The notes: generated by a model not told the origin, from the letters alone. Counted from the first letter of the stretch, positions 1-10,301 are shown. The stretch is 64,000 nt of DNA from Nitrospinales bacterium (GCA_965262115.1 OZ253496.1:2528001-2592000); one strand, 5' to 3'. A program made the numbers and translations.

Positions 1-19
1 GTTCATTGGAACCCCCGTT

Positions 20-163
20 TTAGTGAAGTTTTTTCACGTTTGTTGTTTGTCTATTCCATTTTAATGCCATGCGTTTGCCTTTGCGATAGACATTCCAGCC
101 AACGCGGTTTGCGGTATCTCTAAACATCTGTGCTAAAAGTTCATCTACAGTCAAGTTTTTCAT
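20..163 (-). CDS. Small hypothetical protein, 47 aa (MKNLTVDELLAQMFRDTANRVGWNVYRKGKRMALKWNRQTTNVKKLH)
   Basis: Read manually, below the ORF-track cutoff. ATG at 163 preceded by a strong SD (AGGAGGAG), TAA at 20-22, directly downstream of a sigma-54 motif. Confidence 0.6.
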   Translation of the reverse strand: MKNLTVDELLAQMFRDTANRVGWNVYRKGKRMALKWNRQTTNVKKLH

Positions 164-214
164 AACTCCTCCTCTGTCTGAATTTTGACACAGCCACCTT
201 GTTTTATTTACAGG

Positions 215-230
215 GCAATTCGCATGCCAA
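215..230 (-). promoter_or_regulatory. Sigma-54 (RpoN) -24/-12 promoter
   Basis: Minus strand reads TTGGCATGCGAATTGC, matching TGGCAY-N5-TTGC with exact spacing, ~50 nt upstream of the small ORF. Confidence 0.7.
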
Positions 231-290
231 AACCTGCAACTGCCCTCCAGTTGGTACTTTTCAGAAATATTAAATCAGGAATTCGACCCT

Positions 291-698
291 TTATAAAGGG
301 TTAGGCCGGTAGGAGTATTGATGCCCCAACGGATTGTGGGGCTGGGGAGACGATTTCTTTGTCCCTTGGTGCGTAGATAAGTAATCCAAAATTGCTTTTC
401 TCAGGCTTGGTTCCAGATCCCACAAACCTTGCTTTTTTTGCATCCATGTCAATGTTTGATCCCACTGCTTCCGGGGCATGCGGTTTTGTAGAATGATGGC
501 GGTGGAATGGCACGCAGTACAATTCTCAAGAACCTGTTTTCGCCCCGTTCCCGGTGCCAGTCCCTGGTATTGGAAATCTTCACTGAAACCCATATTGGGG
601 ATCGTCCATAATATGGATAAAACCAAAATCAATCGAGCCATTAGCGACTGATTTTTTTGCGGGGAGTTCATAGTTCCTTTGTGGAAAAACCTTTCCAT
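291..698 (-). CDS. Monoheme cytochrome c, SorB-like partner of sulfite dehydrogenase
   Basis: CTACH heme motif, signal-peptide-like segment, immediately downstream of the Mo-enzyme gene. True start may be 671 or later. Confidence 0.8.
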   Translation of the reverse strand: MERFFHKGTMNSPQKNQSLMARLILVLSILWTIPNMGFSEDFQYQGLAPGTGRKQVLENCTACHSTAIILQNRMPRKQWDQTLTWMQKKQGLWDLEPSLRKAILDYLSTHQGTKKSSPQPHNPLGHQYSYRPNPL

Positions 699-704
699 TT
701 TCTT

Positions 705-1953
705 TCAAAGCACGGTGACGGCGACTCGGTGCGTGGCATTGTTCAAATAGCCTTTGGGATTCCATCCCGGCACCACCATGGGTTGCATCACTCCGGCAGT
801 GTCTATGGCTCTTGCCCAAATCTCATAATAGCCTCTTTTCGGAAAACCAAGCATCGTGCTCCAGTTTTGCCAGGCAAAAGGATTGGCCGGAGGAGTCAAC
901 GACGTTTCCCCCCAATTGGCCCCAAAATCGATCGACACATGCACGGTTTTTACGCTACTATCACCTGCCCATGCATGCCCTCGCACCTGAAGAGGTTTCC
1001 CATATTTCCAGTTGAGCCGGGACTTTGGAAAAGTGATCAGTGATTTCACGGGCATCGATTCGATGATCTTCATATCTCTCTTAGGCACATGCGCGCCGGG
1101 AGGTACCGGGTAACGGGGAACCCGGTAGGAATAACCTGTCATCTTGGGTCCGTCATGTTCCCGGTCACGAACGGTAATGTGTTTCAGCCATTTGATGGAG
1201 GTCGATCCGGGCCAGCCTGGTGTGACCACGCGCAGGGGAAACCCATGTAGAGCGGGAAGAGGTCGACCGTTCATTTCCCAGGCGATCAGAGTATGCTCAT
1301 CCATTGCCTTACTGATGGGAGTTCCCCGCGAAATAGGTATTTTGTTAGGATCGCCACTCAAATGCAGGTCGTTTCCATAATAACCCGTGTAGACGGCGGA
1401 GTTCTTCAGTCCCGCAGAACGAAGTACATCGCCCATGCGTACGCCCGTGTAGGTTGGCACAACCCACCGCACCATAGGTCCATTGGTTGCCCTTTGCTGG
1501 AGGATCGTAACCCGCCCTCCCGTTGCCTCCGCATTCGATCTGCAGGGAATAGGTGTATGGCTTGAATCGTTTAAGTTGCTCCAGAGTCAGGACCAGAGGG
1601 TTGTGCACTTCGCCGTCGACGGTGAGCGTCCATCCTTTGGCATCCATTTCATGGGCAGAAGGCGGGACGAGTCCATTATTCCTCACGAAATGCCGGTCAT
1701 TAGGTGTTATCTCGTCATCTAAAAAGTGTGGGAGGGTCTCGGCATTTAATGGCCGATTGTTCAAAATTCTCAATCCGTTCTTCCCCGGAATCGATATGTC
1801 ATCCAGAGGATCTGCGTTAGCGACAGCCATCCACCCGGAATAAGAAGGCCGTAGAAGAGGCAGAGAAAAATCCACTGCGATAGTCAGGGCTGTTAAACCT
1901 CCGTACTTTAAAAATGCTCGGCGAGAAGCGTTTGGTTTTTGGCGATTACTCAT
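705..1953 (-). pseudogene. Sulfite oxidase-family molybdoenzyme (SorA/SoxC-like) split by a +1 frameshift
   Basis: Tat motif SRRAFLK, HFVRNNG and Mo-ligand ECGGNGR in ORF 1345-1953; HGFPLRVVTPGW..SIKWL and WNPKGY in ORF 705-1475. Removing one A at 1454-1455 restores GAVGCATYTGVR. Confidence 0.85.
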
Positions 1954-2186
1954 GGTCTAAAATTTTTCTTTGTAGATTTTTAGATTGGGTTTGTTCAGAT
2001 TGTATCAGTTATCCTTATTTGGGCAAAAGAAACCCAACATGAAAAAGAATATTTTTTGAAATGATTATTTATTACACATCCACTCAAATGGGTTGATTTC
2101 AGTTTTTCCTTCCTCTTCCCGCTAAAGCCCGGTAAAATTCAGCTACTCCAAAACTCTAAATCCTTATCAAGGGGAGTTAAAACTCT

Positions 2187-2978
2187 ATGAAATGTTTTCT
2201 TCAGTTGGTTTTTTTTGCAATGCTAAATCTGGCCACCGTCGCCCACGCCGAGGTTCAAACTCAGGAGATTGAATACACCCAGAACGGCACAACTTTAAAG
2301 GGTTTTCTTGCTCACGACTCAGCTATTAAAGCTAAAAGACCAGGAATCTTGGTCGTCCACGAATGGTGGGGGCATAACGAACATGCAAGAGACCGTGCCC
2401 GCATGTTGGCCGAAATCGGTTACACGGCTTTGGCGGTGGATATGTATGGCAACGGAAAAACAGCCGACCACCCCAAGAAGGCCGGCGAGTTCATGAACGC
2501 CGCTTTCAAGGATTGGGAAACCTCCAAAGACCGGTTCAATAAAGCGAAGGAAGTTCTGCAAGCTCATAAAACTGTTGACCCCGAGCGGATTGGTGCGATC
2601 GGGTTCTGCTTTGGCGGTGCGGTGTCCATTCGCATGGCACGAGGTGGCGCCGATCTGGATGGCATCGTTGCTTTTCACAGTTCCCTGCCTTTGGAACCGG
2701 CGGTTACAAATATGAAGGCGTCCGTCCTGGTCATTAATGGATCGCAGGATTCCTTTCTAAAACCCGAAACGGTGGGTTCTTTTTCCAGTCAAATGATGGC
2801 AGGCAATGTGGATTTTACTTACCTGAACTTACCTGGGGTGAAGCACAGCTTCACCAACAAGCAGGCGGACGAGTTTAGGAAAAAATTTGATATTGGAGCG
2901 CTAGAATATAACAAGCAGGCGGATGAACGGTCCTGGTCGGCAATGCAGAGATTTTTCCAGCGTGTGTTTAATCAGTGA
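2187..2978 (+). CDS. Dienelactone hydrolase family protein, secreted
   Basis: VHEWWG, GFCFGG nucleophile motif, KHSF His; signal peptide. Confidence 0.9.
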   Translation: MKCFLQLVFFAMLNLATVAHAEVQTQEIEYTQNGTTLKGFLAHDSAIKAKRPGILVVHEWWGHNEHARDRARMLAEIGYTALAVDMYGNGKTADHPKKAGEFMNAAFKDWETSKDRFNKAKEVLQAHKTVDPERIGAIGFCFGGAVSIRMARGGADLDGIVAFHSSLPLEPAVTNMKASVLVINGSQDSFLKPETVGSFSSQMMAGNVDFTYLNLPGVKHSFTNKQADEFRKKFDIGALEYNKQADERSWSAMQRFFQRVFNQ

Positions 2979-3637
2979 GTGCATTGCAGATTTCCGTAAA
3001 TGATCAGTCGTTCACTCCTCAGCGGATTTTTTGCATCGGCAAAAATTATGATGAGCATGTGAAAGAACTGGGGGGACAGACGCCCGAGGAACCGGTAGTG
3101 TTTATGAAACCGGTTTCGAGCATTGTTTCTCCCGGTGAAACCCTTTGCATACCTCGCCATGGCGAGCTTTTGCATCATGAAGTGGAAGTGGTGCTTTTGA
3201 TCGGTCGAGAAGGGCGGGATATTTCTAAAGCCGAGGCCTTGTCGTATATTTTCGGCGTTACTTTGGGATTGGATTTAACCCTGCGCGATGTTCAGGGCCG
3301 GTTGAAAAAAGTCGGCCTGCCTTGGGAGCTTTCCAAGGCGTTTGAGCAGAGCGCACCTTTAGGTCACTTCAAGGCTTATGATTCGAATTCTATCGACTTG
3401 GAAAACTTTTCGTTCACCTGTTCGGTCAACGGGAGCCTTCGCCAACAGGGCAACACTTGCGAGATGATTTTCCCCATCAGGAGTTTGATTCATACGTTGA
3501 GCGGGTGGTGGACGTTGCAACCGGGGGATATTATTTTTACTGGCACCCCATCTGGGGTGGGTCCGCTTGAGTCCGGCGACCGGGTTGACATTGAAAGTCC
3601 CGTAACAGGCCCATTTTCCTGGACTCTTTCTCCCTAA
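2975..3637 (+). CDS. Fumarylacetoacetate hydrolase family protein
   Basis: CIGKNYDEH, FMKP, HHEVE, LDLTLRDVQ, PGDIIFTGTPSGVG. Confidence 0.92.
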   Translation: MSALQISVNDQSFTPQRIFCIGKNYDEHVKELGGQTPEEPVVFMKPVSSIVSPGETLCIPRHGELLHHEVEVVLLIGREGRDISKAEALSYIFGVTLGLDLTLRDVQGRLKKVGLPWELSKAFEQSAPLGHFKAYDSNSIDLENFSFTCSVNGSLRQQGNTCEMIFPIRSLIHTLSGWWTLQPGDIIFTGTPSGVGPLESGDRVDIESPVTGPFSWTLSP

Positions 3638-3993
3638 AGAGAACAATTCTCCTTAATACTTTTATCGACTAACTTCTTAAGTCTTAAAAATTCGTCAAGG
3701 ATACGATTTGAAAGAACGGCGTAATCTTTTTTGATATGGCCGTTGGAGAAATATTTGAGAGGTTTCACTCCTTTTTCTTTTAAGAGTATTTTTAATGTTT
3801 AAGGTGGAAGTTTTAGCGCTACTCCAAACTTGCCGCAAGAGATAAAGATATTCCCATTTACATAGCCTGCCACCGCACCAAAACATTTCTTAAACTCAAG
3901 GTTGTGTGTGCTTGATAAGCGGGGGCGGACTTTTTTTAGCAGGCTTTCTAATTGGTCACGGTAAGGATTATCTTTCACTTTATCCATTTCCAA
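3634..3993 (-). pseudogene. TfoX/Sxy N-terminal-domain-like protein with an internal TAA
   Basis: KKCFGAVAGYVNGNIF resembles TfoX_N. After TAA at 3799-3801 the same frame continues TLKILLKEKGVKPLKYFSNGHIKKDYAVL... to TAG at 3634-3636 (119 codons in total). Confidence 0.65.
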
Positions 3994-4004
3994 ATGTTCG
4001 GGAT

Positions 4005-5030
4005 TTAAAATAGATTGTCCTGGTTACCTTGACTCGGTGGGAGTTTGTTGAAATGTTTGTAGGCCAGGGGTGTGGCGACGCGGCCACGCGGGGTGCGCTG
4101 GATGAATCCGCTCTGGATGAGATAGGGTTCCAGCACATCTTCGATGGTGTCTTTTTCTTCGCTGATGGATGCGGCCAGGTTTTCGATGCCGACCGGTCCG
4201 CCGGAATATTTTTCGATCATCGCCAGTATGAGTTTGTGATCCATTTTGTCCAGTCCTTTGCCATCCACTTCCATCATTTCGAGAGCACTGGCGGCGACCT
4301 CGCGGGTGATCATGCCATCGGCTTTCACTTGGGCATAGTCACGCACGCGTCTTAACAGTCGGTTGGCAATTCTGGGTGTGCCGCGCGATCGGCGCGCGAT
4401 TTCATTGGCTCCTTCGGGGACGATGGCGATTTCAAGGATTCCGGCCGAACGGGTGAGGATGATTTCCAGTTCCTTCTCGCTGTAATAGTCGAGCCGATGC
4501 ACCACTCCAAACCGATCCCGCAAGGGAGAGGTGAGGAGTCCGGCCCGGGTTGTGGCTCCGACAAGGGTGAAGGGTGGCAGTTCCAATTTGATGGAGCGGG
4601 CGCTTGGTCCCTGGCCGATCATGATATCCAGTTTATAGTCTTCCATCGCCGAGTAGAGAATCTCTTCGATGACGTTCGAGAGTCGGTGGATCTCATCGAT
4701 GAACAGCACATCGCCTTTTTTCAGGTTGGTCAGAAGCGCGGCAAGGTCGCCGGTCTTTTCAATGACCGGACCCGAGGTGCTCTTGATGTTCGCACCCATT
4801 TCAGCCGCGATGATGTTTGCGAGGGTGGTTTTGCCCAGTCCGGGCGGACCGTAAAACAGCACATGGTCGAGGGACTCCTCCCGCATTTGTGCTGCGGATA
4901 TAAAGATGTTGAGATTCTCCTTGATCTTTTCTTGCCCGACATACTCGGTCAGGTGGCTGGGCCTGAGACTGTTATCGAACTGGATTTCTTCGTTGTCCGG
5001 TCCCGAATCTATAAGTCTGTCTTCATCCAT
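4005..5030 (-). CDS. ruvB: Holliday junction branch migration helicase RuvB
   Basis: [42 protein letters not shown]. Confidence 0.98.
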   Translation of the reverse strand: MDEDRLIDSGPDNEEIQFDNSLRPSHLTEYVGQEKIKENLNIFISAAQMREESLDHVLFYGPPGLGKTTLANIIAAEMGANIKSTSGPVIEKTGDLAALLTNLKKGDVLFIDEIHRLSNVIEEILYSAMEDYKLDIMIGQGPSARSIKLELPPFTLVGATTRAGLLTSPLRDRFGVVHRLDYYSEKELEIILTRSAGILEIAIVPEGANEIARRSRGTPRIANRLLRRVRDYAQVKADGMITREVAASALEMMEVDGKGLDKMDHKLILAMIEKYSGGPVGIENLAASISEEKDTIEDVLEPYLIQSGFIQRTPRGRVATPLAYKHFNKLPPSQGNQDNLF

Positions 5031-5085
5031 TTATTTTTCCTGTGGGTGACACCTGTTCAGGTGATACCTGTTCGTGTGATGCCCA

Positions 5086-5679
5086 CTATAATATATTCAA
5101 ACTTTCTTTAATAAGGTCTTCGAGGCCGACATCCTTGCCGTTTTGGTTATAAATTGTTTTCAGTGCTCTTTCCGCTTCCGGTTTTTTATAGCCCAGGTTG
5201 CAAAGGGCTGAGAGCGCGTCATCATAAAAACCTTCTCTTGGCGTGGTTTCAGGGCGATGGTCCAATTCCAGCGCCAAGTCTGCGAGTTTGTCTTTCATTT
5301 CCAGAGTGAGACGTTCTGCGGTTTTTTTGCCGACACCGGGAATGGTGCTCAGTCTGGCAGCGTCATTGTTCATCACGGCGGACAATAAATCTGCCGGGGA
5401 CATGCCGGACAAGATGCCGAGAGCCAGTTTGGGCCCGACCTTGTTGATGGTGATGAGTTTTTGAAAAATGGTTTGCTCTTCTTCTGTCAGGAAGCCAAAG
5501 AGTTTGAGTTCGTCTTCCCGCACGCGGGTGTGTATCCGGAGTGACACCGTCTGGCCCAGATTGGGCAGGGCGTAATAGGTGGATAGAGGTGTGAAAACCT
5601 GATAGCCCACGCCATTGACATCAACAATGGTGTATTCGGGGGACTTGTAAGTCAGTTGTCCTTTAAGGTGGGCGATCAT
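5086..5679 (-). CDS. ruvA: Holliday junction branch migration protein RuvA
   Basis: MIAHLKG, VNGVGY, HhH motifs VGPKLAL and IPGVGKKTAER; ruv operon. Confidence 0.97.
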   Translation of the reverse strand: MIAHLKGQLTYKSPEYTIVDVNGVGYQVFTPLSTYYALPNLGQTVSLRIHTRVREDELKLFGFLTEEEQTIFQKLITINKVGPKLALGILSGMSPADLLSAVMNNDAARLSTIPGVGKKTAERLTLEMKDKLADLALELDHRPETTPREGFYDDALSALCNLGYKKPEAERALKTIYNQNGKDVGLEDLIKESLNIL

Positions 5680-5686
5680 GTTTTGT

Positions 5687-6187
5687 TTATCCCTTGGCCT
5701 GTTTGATTTTCTGTTGCAGTTCGGCGTTATGAATATGGCAGATGGCGACAGCTAGCGCGTCGGAGGCGTCAAACGGTTCGGGTTTCTCTTTTAGGCGCAG
5801 CAGGGTCGAAACCATGTCGCAGACCTGGTTTTTATCGGCGCGTCCATAACCGACGACCGATTGCTTGACCTCCAGCGGACTGTATTCGGCAACTTCAATA
5901 CCGCAATTGACGGCGGCCAGCAGAGAGACACCGCGGGTTTGCCCGAGTTTTATTACTGTCTTTGCATTGGTGGCGTAGAACAGGTCTTCCACTGCCACCA
6001 CATTGGGCTGGAATTTTTCCATAGCGAGTATCAGTTCGTCATAAATAAGCTTGAGTCGTTCGGGGAAGGATTGTTTTGGCGAAGTGCGCACACTGCTCCA
6101 GTGCACGGCATGCAGGTCGCCTTTGATTTCTTCGACAATGCCGAGCCCGGTGCAGTTACTGCCGGGGTCGATTCCCATGACACGCAT
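5687..6187 (-). CDS. ruvC: Crossover junction endodeoxyribonuclease RuvC
   Basis: GIDPG, AVEDLF, VKQSVVGYGRADK, DASDALAVAICH. Confidence 0.97.
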   Translation of the reverse strand: MRVMGIDPGSNCTGLGIVEEIKGDLHAVHWSSVRTSPKQSFPERLKLIYDELILAMEKFQPNVVAVEDLFYATNAKTVIKLGQTRGVSLLAAVNCGIEVAEYSPLEVKQSVVGYGRADKNQVCDMVSTLLRLKEKPEPFDASDALAVAICHIHNAELQQKIKQAKG

Positions 6188-6247
6188 TTTTTTTAGCCTT
6201 AGTGAAAGGATTAACTATTGGGATGGGCCACCGCTACCTGTATGAGT

Positions 6248-7003
6248 TCAGCTACCCTCTATGATAGCGGCCATGACATCATCCGAGATGTCAAAATTGG
6301 AATAGGCTTTTTGGATGTCGTCGTGGTCTTCCAAAATATCCATCAATTTGAGCAGTGCTTTACCTTTTTTCTCATCAAGGGAAACAGTATTTTGTGGAAT
6401 ACGGGTGATCTCCGCCATTTCCATCGGCACTTTGCCATCTTCGAGAGTTTTGCGCACCGTCTCGAAACTTTCAACACTGGTGATGATCTCGTAGTGATCG
6501 TCGACGGTCTGCATGTCATCAGCACCGGCATCGATGGACAGTTCCATCAGATCGTCTTCGCTTTTTGCTTCGGTCTTAACGGTGATGAGTCCTTTTTTTT
6601 CGAACATCCACCCGACACAGCCATTTTCGCCAAGGTTTCCGCCAGCTTTACCCAGGGCGGCGCGAATTTCGCTGACGGTGCGGTTTTTGTTGTCGGTCAT
6701 CGCTTCCAGAAAGATGGCTGCCCCGCCGGGACCGTATCCTTCATAGGTGTGCTCTTCATAGTGCACGCCTTCCAACTCGCCGGTGCCTTTTTTGATGGCG
6801 CGGGTGATGTTGTCCACTGGCATGTTCTTGCTTTTTGCGATCGAGATGGCGGTTCTAAGTCGTGGGTTGCCATCGGGGTCTCCACCCCCGATGCGTGCGG
6901 CTACAGTGATTTCTTTAATGAGCTTGGTGAAAATTTTTCCGCGTTTGGCGTCGGCAGCACCCTTTTTATGTTTTATACTGGCCCACTTGGAATGACCCGA
7001 CAT
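6248..7003 (-). CDS. yebC: YebC/PmpR family protein
   Basis: [30 protein letters not shown]; canonical position upstream of ruvC. Start set at the MSGH ATG. Confidence 0.96.
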   Translation of the reverse strand: MSGHSKWASIKHKKGAADAKRGKIFTKLIKEITVAARIGGGDPDGNPRLRTAISIAKSKNMPVDNITRAIKKGTGELEGVHYEEHTYEGYGPGGAAIFLEAMTDNKNRTVSEIRAALGKAGGNLGENGCVGWMFEKKGLITVKTEAKSEDDLMELSIDAGADDMQTVDDHYEIITSVESFETVRKTLEDGKVPMEMAEITRIPQNTVSLDEKKGKALLKLMDILEDHDDIQKAYSNFDISDDVMAAIIEGS

Positions 7004-7085
7004 ATTCGTTCCTCTATTCAAAAAAATTATAAACTATGAGTAATTTAACATAATCTATGATCGTCTCTCAACTTCGTATGAGTTT

Positions 7086-7742
7086 ATGACCGAGAAAACG
7101 GTAGAAATAAAAATTTCCGGAAAAACCATCCAGGCCAGGGTCGGAGAAACCCTCGTGCATGCCCTTTGGGCGGCGGGAATGGCCGAAAGTGTCAAGGTTG
7201 GTTGCGCCGGAGGGGTCTGCGGGGCCTGCACCGTTACTTTACGTTATTCTGACGGCCAAACAGGAGGCACGGAACTGGCCTGCATGAAACCCGTGGAGGC
7301 CGGGATGGAAGTCTTCCCCTGTCCCGTTGATGCCGATGCCCCTGTGATACCGGTGGCCCAGCCGGAACTTTCCCATCTGCAATCGGCGTTTCCCACGCTA
7401 GACCGGTGTACCAAATGTGGAAGCTGTACCACTGCCTGCCCTATGTCTATCCCGGTGATGGACTCAGTTTTACGCATGCAAAAGGGCGAGTTCCAAGCGG
7501 TGGCGGAAGATTTTACCACCTGCATCCATTGCGGGCTCTGCCGGTTCGTGTGCGAAGACAAAGTCAAACCACATAATATGGGACTCTGGATACGCCGCTC
7601 TCTCGGCATGAGCCGGGATATTGCGATAGAAAAAACCGAGGTCAGTGTTGAACAGGAGTGGAAATATCTGCTGGATGAAAGCAGCGAACAGAGGCTTCAA
7701 AGAGCCCGACAATTTCGTAAGTCAGGGAGGATTGAGCCATGA
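7086..7742 (+). CDS. Iron-sulfur subunit (2Fe-2S plus 2x4Fe-4S), FrdB/SdhB-like
   Basis: GCAGGVCGAC..C, CTKCGSCTTACP, CIHCGLCRFVC; ATGA overlap with the flavoprotein gene. Confidence 0.85.
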   Translation: MTEKTVEIKISGKTIQARVGETLVHALWAAGMAESVKVGCAGGVCGACTVTLRYSDGQTGGTELACMKPVEAGMEVFPCPVDADAPVIPVAQPELSHLQSAFPTLDRCTKCGSCTTACPMSIPVMDSVLRMQKGEFQAVAEDFTTCIHCGLCRFVCEDKVKPHNMGLWIRRSLGMSRDIAIEKTEVSVEQEWKYLLDESSEQRLQRARQFRKSGRIEP

Positions 7743-9394
7743 TGGAATGGGCGAAAGAGTCTCTGGAAAAGCTTGAAAGTTAGCGTCCGGCCCGGCTCAA
7801 TCAGTCCGCGCCCATTCCTGACTCAGCCCAGGCAGAGGAACTTCTCAAACAATACCATCCGGATTACCTGGGCCACGAGAGGCAGGTGACCGTTGGCCCC
7901 AACGCCGGGGACCAGAAATTTCCTTTAGAGCTTGCCCAATTATTGGAGGGCGACAGTCCTATCGAGTCGGGCTACGTTCCCAACCCTGAGATAGAAACCG
8001 ATGTTTTAATCATAGGAGGCGGCGGAGCCGGGGCGGCCGCGGCCCTGACCCTGGAAGGGTCAGGACTCACTGTTCATCTGGCCACCAAACTCAGGCTGGG
8101 CGATTCCAACACGGTGATGGCCGAAGGGGGTATTCAGTCTGCCCTCGGTCCTGACGACTCACCAAGGCGGCATTTTGCCGATGCCCTGGTCGGTGGGCAC
8201 GGCAAAAATGATCCGGACCTGTTGCGGATTCTTTGTGAACAGGGTCCCGAAAGCATTCGCTGGCTCAGTCAGCTTGGTTGTCTGTTTGATCAGAATGAGG
8301 ACGGACAGTTTCGCTTGCGCGGTGGCGGCGGGACTTCGGTGCCGCGCGTTTTAGCCTGCCGGGATTACACGGGTCTTGAAATTATGCGAGTGTTGAAAGA
8401 CGCGGTGCGCCTGACCAGCACCCGGTTACTGGAAGAACATGTGGCGATGGAACTGGTCGATGATGGCATGGGCCGGGTGACCGGCGCCATTTTATTTGAC
8501 CGCAATGCGGGAAGACCGGTCTGCGTTTCGGCGCGGACAGTGATTCTGGCTACTGGTGGCAGCGGACAGCTTCGCTTGCAGGGATTCCCCACCAGCAACC
8601 ATGTCGGTGCGACCGGTGATGGTCTGGTGCTTGCCTACCGACAGGGGTGCCGACTTGTTAATCTGGACAGTTATCAGTATCATCCTTCAGGCGCCTGCTA
8701 CCCGGAAGCCCTGGCCGGGCAGTTGGTGACTGAGGCGATCCGGTCGACCGGAGCCCAGGTGGTCAATGCCGAAGGCGTGCACTTTATTGACGAGATGGCT
8801 TACCGCGATGTGCTGGCCGGGGCCATCATCAAGGAAATTGCCGAAGGAAGAGGCGTGAAAACTCCGCATGGCAAATCAGGAGTGTGGCTCGATACCCCGA
8901 TGGTTGATTTGAAAAAAGGGGAGGGGACACTGGCTCGCCAGTTTCCCGGATTTATACACCGTTTTGAGCGTTATGATATTGACCCGGCGAAAACACCGAT
9001 TCTGATTTATCCCACACTGCATTATCAGAACGGTGGCATTCGGGTGGATTCGGAATGCAGGACCGATATCGGCGGGCTCTGGGCCGCGGGAGAAGTGACC
9101 GGCGGATTGCACGGTAAAAACCGCCTCATGGGAAACTCATTGCTGGATATCACCGTGTTCGGCCGGAGGTCGGCCCAATCGGTTCTCGACAATATTCCTG
9201 AACGGGGAGTTGTGACTCTCACCAACCTGCAACGGTTTCGTGCAGAACGAGCGAAGATAGAAAGTGAAACGGTATCTCCTAAATTTTTTCCATAGGCTTC
9301 GGGGATGAAACTGACCACAGCCAAAGTAGAAGAGAAGCCGGAGAAGGAAACCAACTCCAGTAGTTTTGAGCCGCCGAACCCCTTTAACTTTTAA
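7739..9394 (+). pseudogene. Fumarate reductase/Sdh-type flavoprotein with two in-frame TAG codons (intact core 7886-9295)
   Basis: GGGGAG, QYHPS, PTLHYQNGG, GLHGKNRLMGNSL. ATG at 7739 is in frame; TAG at 7781-7783 and 9293-9295; frame then stays open to TAA at 9392-9394, 8 nt before the next gene. Confidence 0.7.
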
Positions 9395-9402
9395 CCGTTC
9401 TT

Positions 9403-9972
9403 ATGATGGATTTCCTTTTCACCGCAGATGGACTCAAAATTTTCGTCTTCCTGGCAGTGGTACTCGCTCTGGTTTATGCCTGGCGAAGCAGGCAACATCG
9501 GCTAGCCGGAGATCCCCAGGTTGTGAAGGATCAGCTCAACCGGTTGGGAGCCGACTACACCGTCTTGTCTGATGTGGTGCTATCCGCCGAGTTGGGAATG
9601 ATGGATGTGAGTCATGTGGTGGTTTCGCCTTATGGAGTGTTTGTTCTGACTGTCAAAACCGAAGCGGGAAAAGTGACGGGACGGGAAGGGGATCGGGAGT
9701 GGAACATCAAATCGGCTAAGGATGTTTTGTATAACCCGTTATGGGAAAACCGCAAGCATGTCAATGCCTTGGAACAAGTCATCGGTTCGGTCTACTTCGT
9801 CCCCACCGTGGTGTTTACCCGGGCGATGTTAAAGGGAGAGTTTGGCATTCATGTTGTCCGACTTAAGGAATTGATCCCTTATATCGAGAAAAGCAAAACA
9901 CCCCGCTTGTCATCGGACAAGCGGGATGAAATAATACAAAAACTCCGCCGACCAGAGGTCGGCGGCAACTAG
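9403..9972 (+). CDS. Membrane-anchored NERD (nuclease-related domain) protein
   Basis: N-terminal TM helix; DVSHVVVSPYGVFVLTVK and YNPLWENRKH resemble NERD motifs, with usual catalytic D/E substituted. Confidence 0.75.
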   Translation: MMDFLFTADGLKIFVFLAVVLALVYAWRSRQHRLAGDPQVVKDQLNRLGADYTVLSDVVLSAELGMMDVSHVVVSPYGVFVLTVKTEAGKVTGREGDREWNIKSAKDVLYNPLWENRKHVNALEQVIGSVYFVPTVVFTRAMLKGEFGIHVVRLKELIPYIEKSKTPRLSSDKRDEIIQKLRRPEVGGN

Positions 9973-10103
9973 CCTTGACTGTATCTGGCTAGAAAAGAGT
10001 TATCTCGGCTTAAATTGAGCAAGTGTTCGTCGAGGACGTTTGCCTGCAATCGAGAGCCATTGCAAGTTTACCTCGTTGGGGCACGAAATTGATGTTGAAG
10101 ATA

Positions 10104-10301
10104 TCACGCCTGGGCGGTGGTGTCTATATTGTTTGCCTGTGCCTGAAGGTATAGAGTGCTCTATGGCTTCCACGGCGGGCTGAATGAGAGAAACGGTCGC
10201 TTCACCTTCCTGTTTTTGGACATCTTGCGCTGTTTTTAAGGCCGTGGCATGAAACTGCGCGCTCACTCCTTGAGTTGCTCCGAAGTATTCACTGGTGTCA
10301 T
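10104..10301 (-). pseudogene. Probable YjfB-like small protein with compensating -1/+1 frameshifts
   Basis: Middle segment ALKTAQDVQKQEGEATVSLI; ATG at 10301 and C-terminal NNIDTTAQA* lie in another frame. The reconstructed ~65 aa product resembles YjfB-type proteins. Confidence 0.4.

Noticed and set aside
5046..5080. 15-bp tandem GTGA(C/T)ACCTGTTC between ruvA and ruvB
   Set aside because: Only about 2.3 imperfect units in a short spacer; no support for function.
6218..7039. Long antisense ORFs over housekeeping genes (also 4497-5111, 27883-28524, 40268-40852, 57203-57961)
   Set aside because: Shadow frames of well-supported genes, with no motifs of their own.
7781..9295. Genome-wide TAG reassignment or pyrrolysine
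   Set aside because: TAG terminates clearly complete genes here (dnaE, first degQ, ilvD, hslU) and no pyl genes are in the window; only local read-through stays open.
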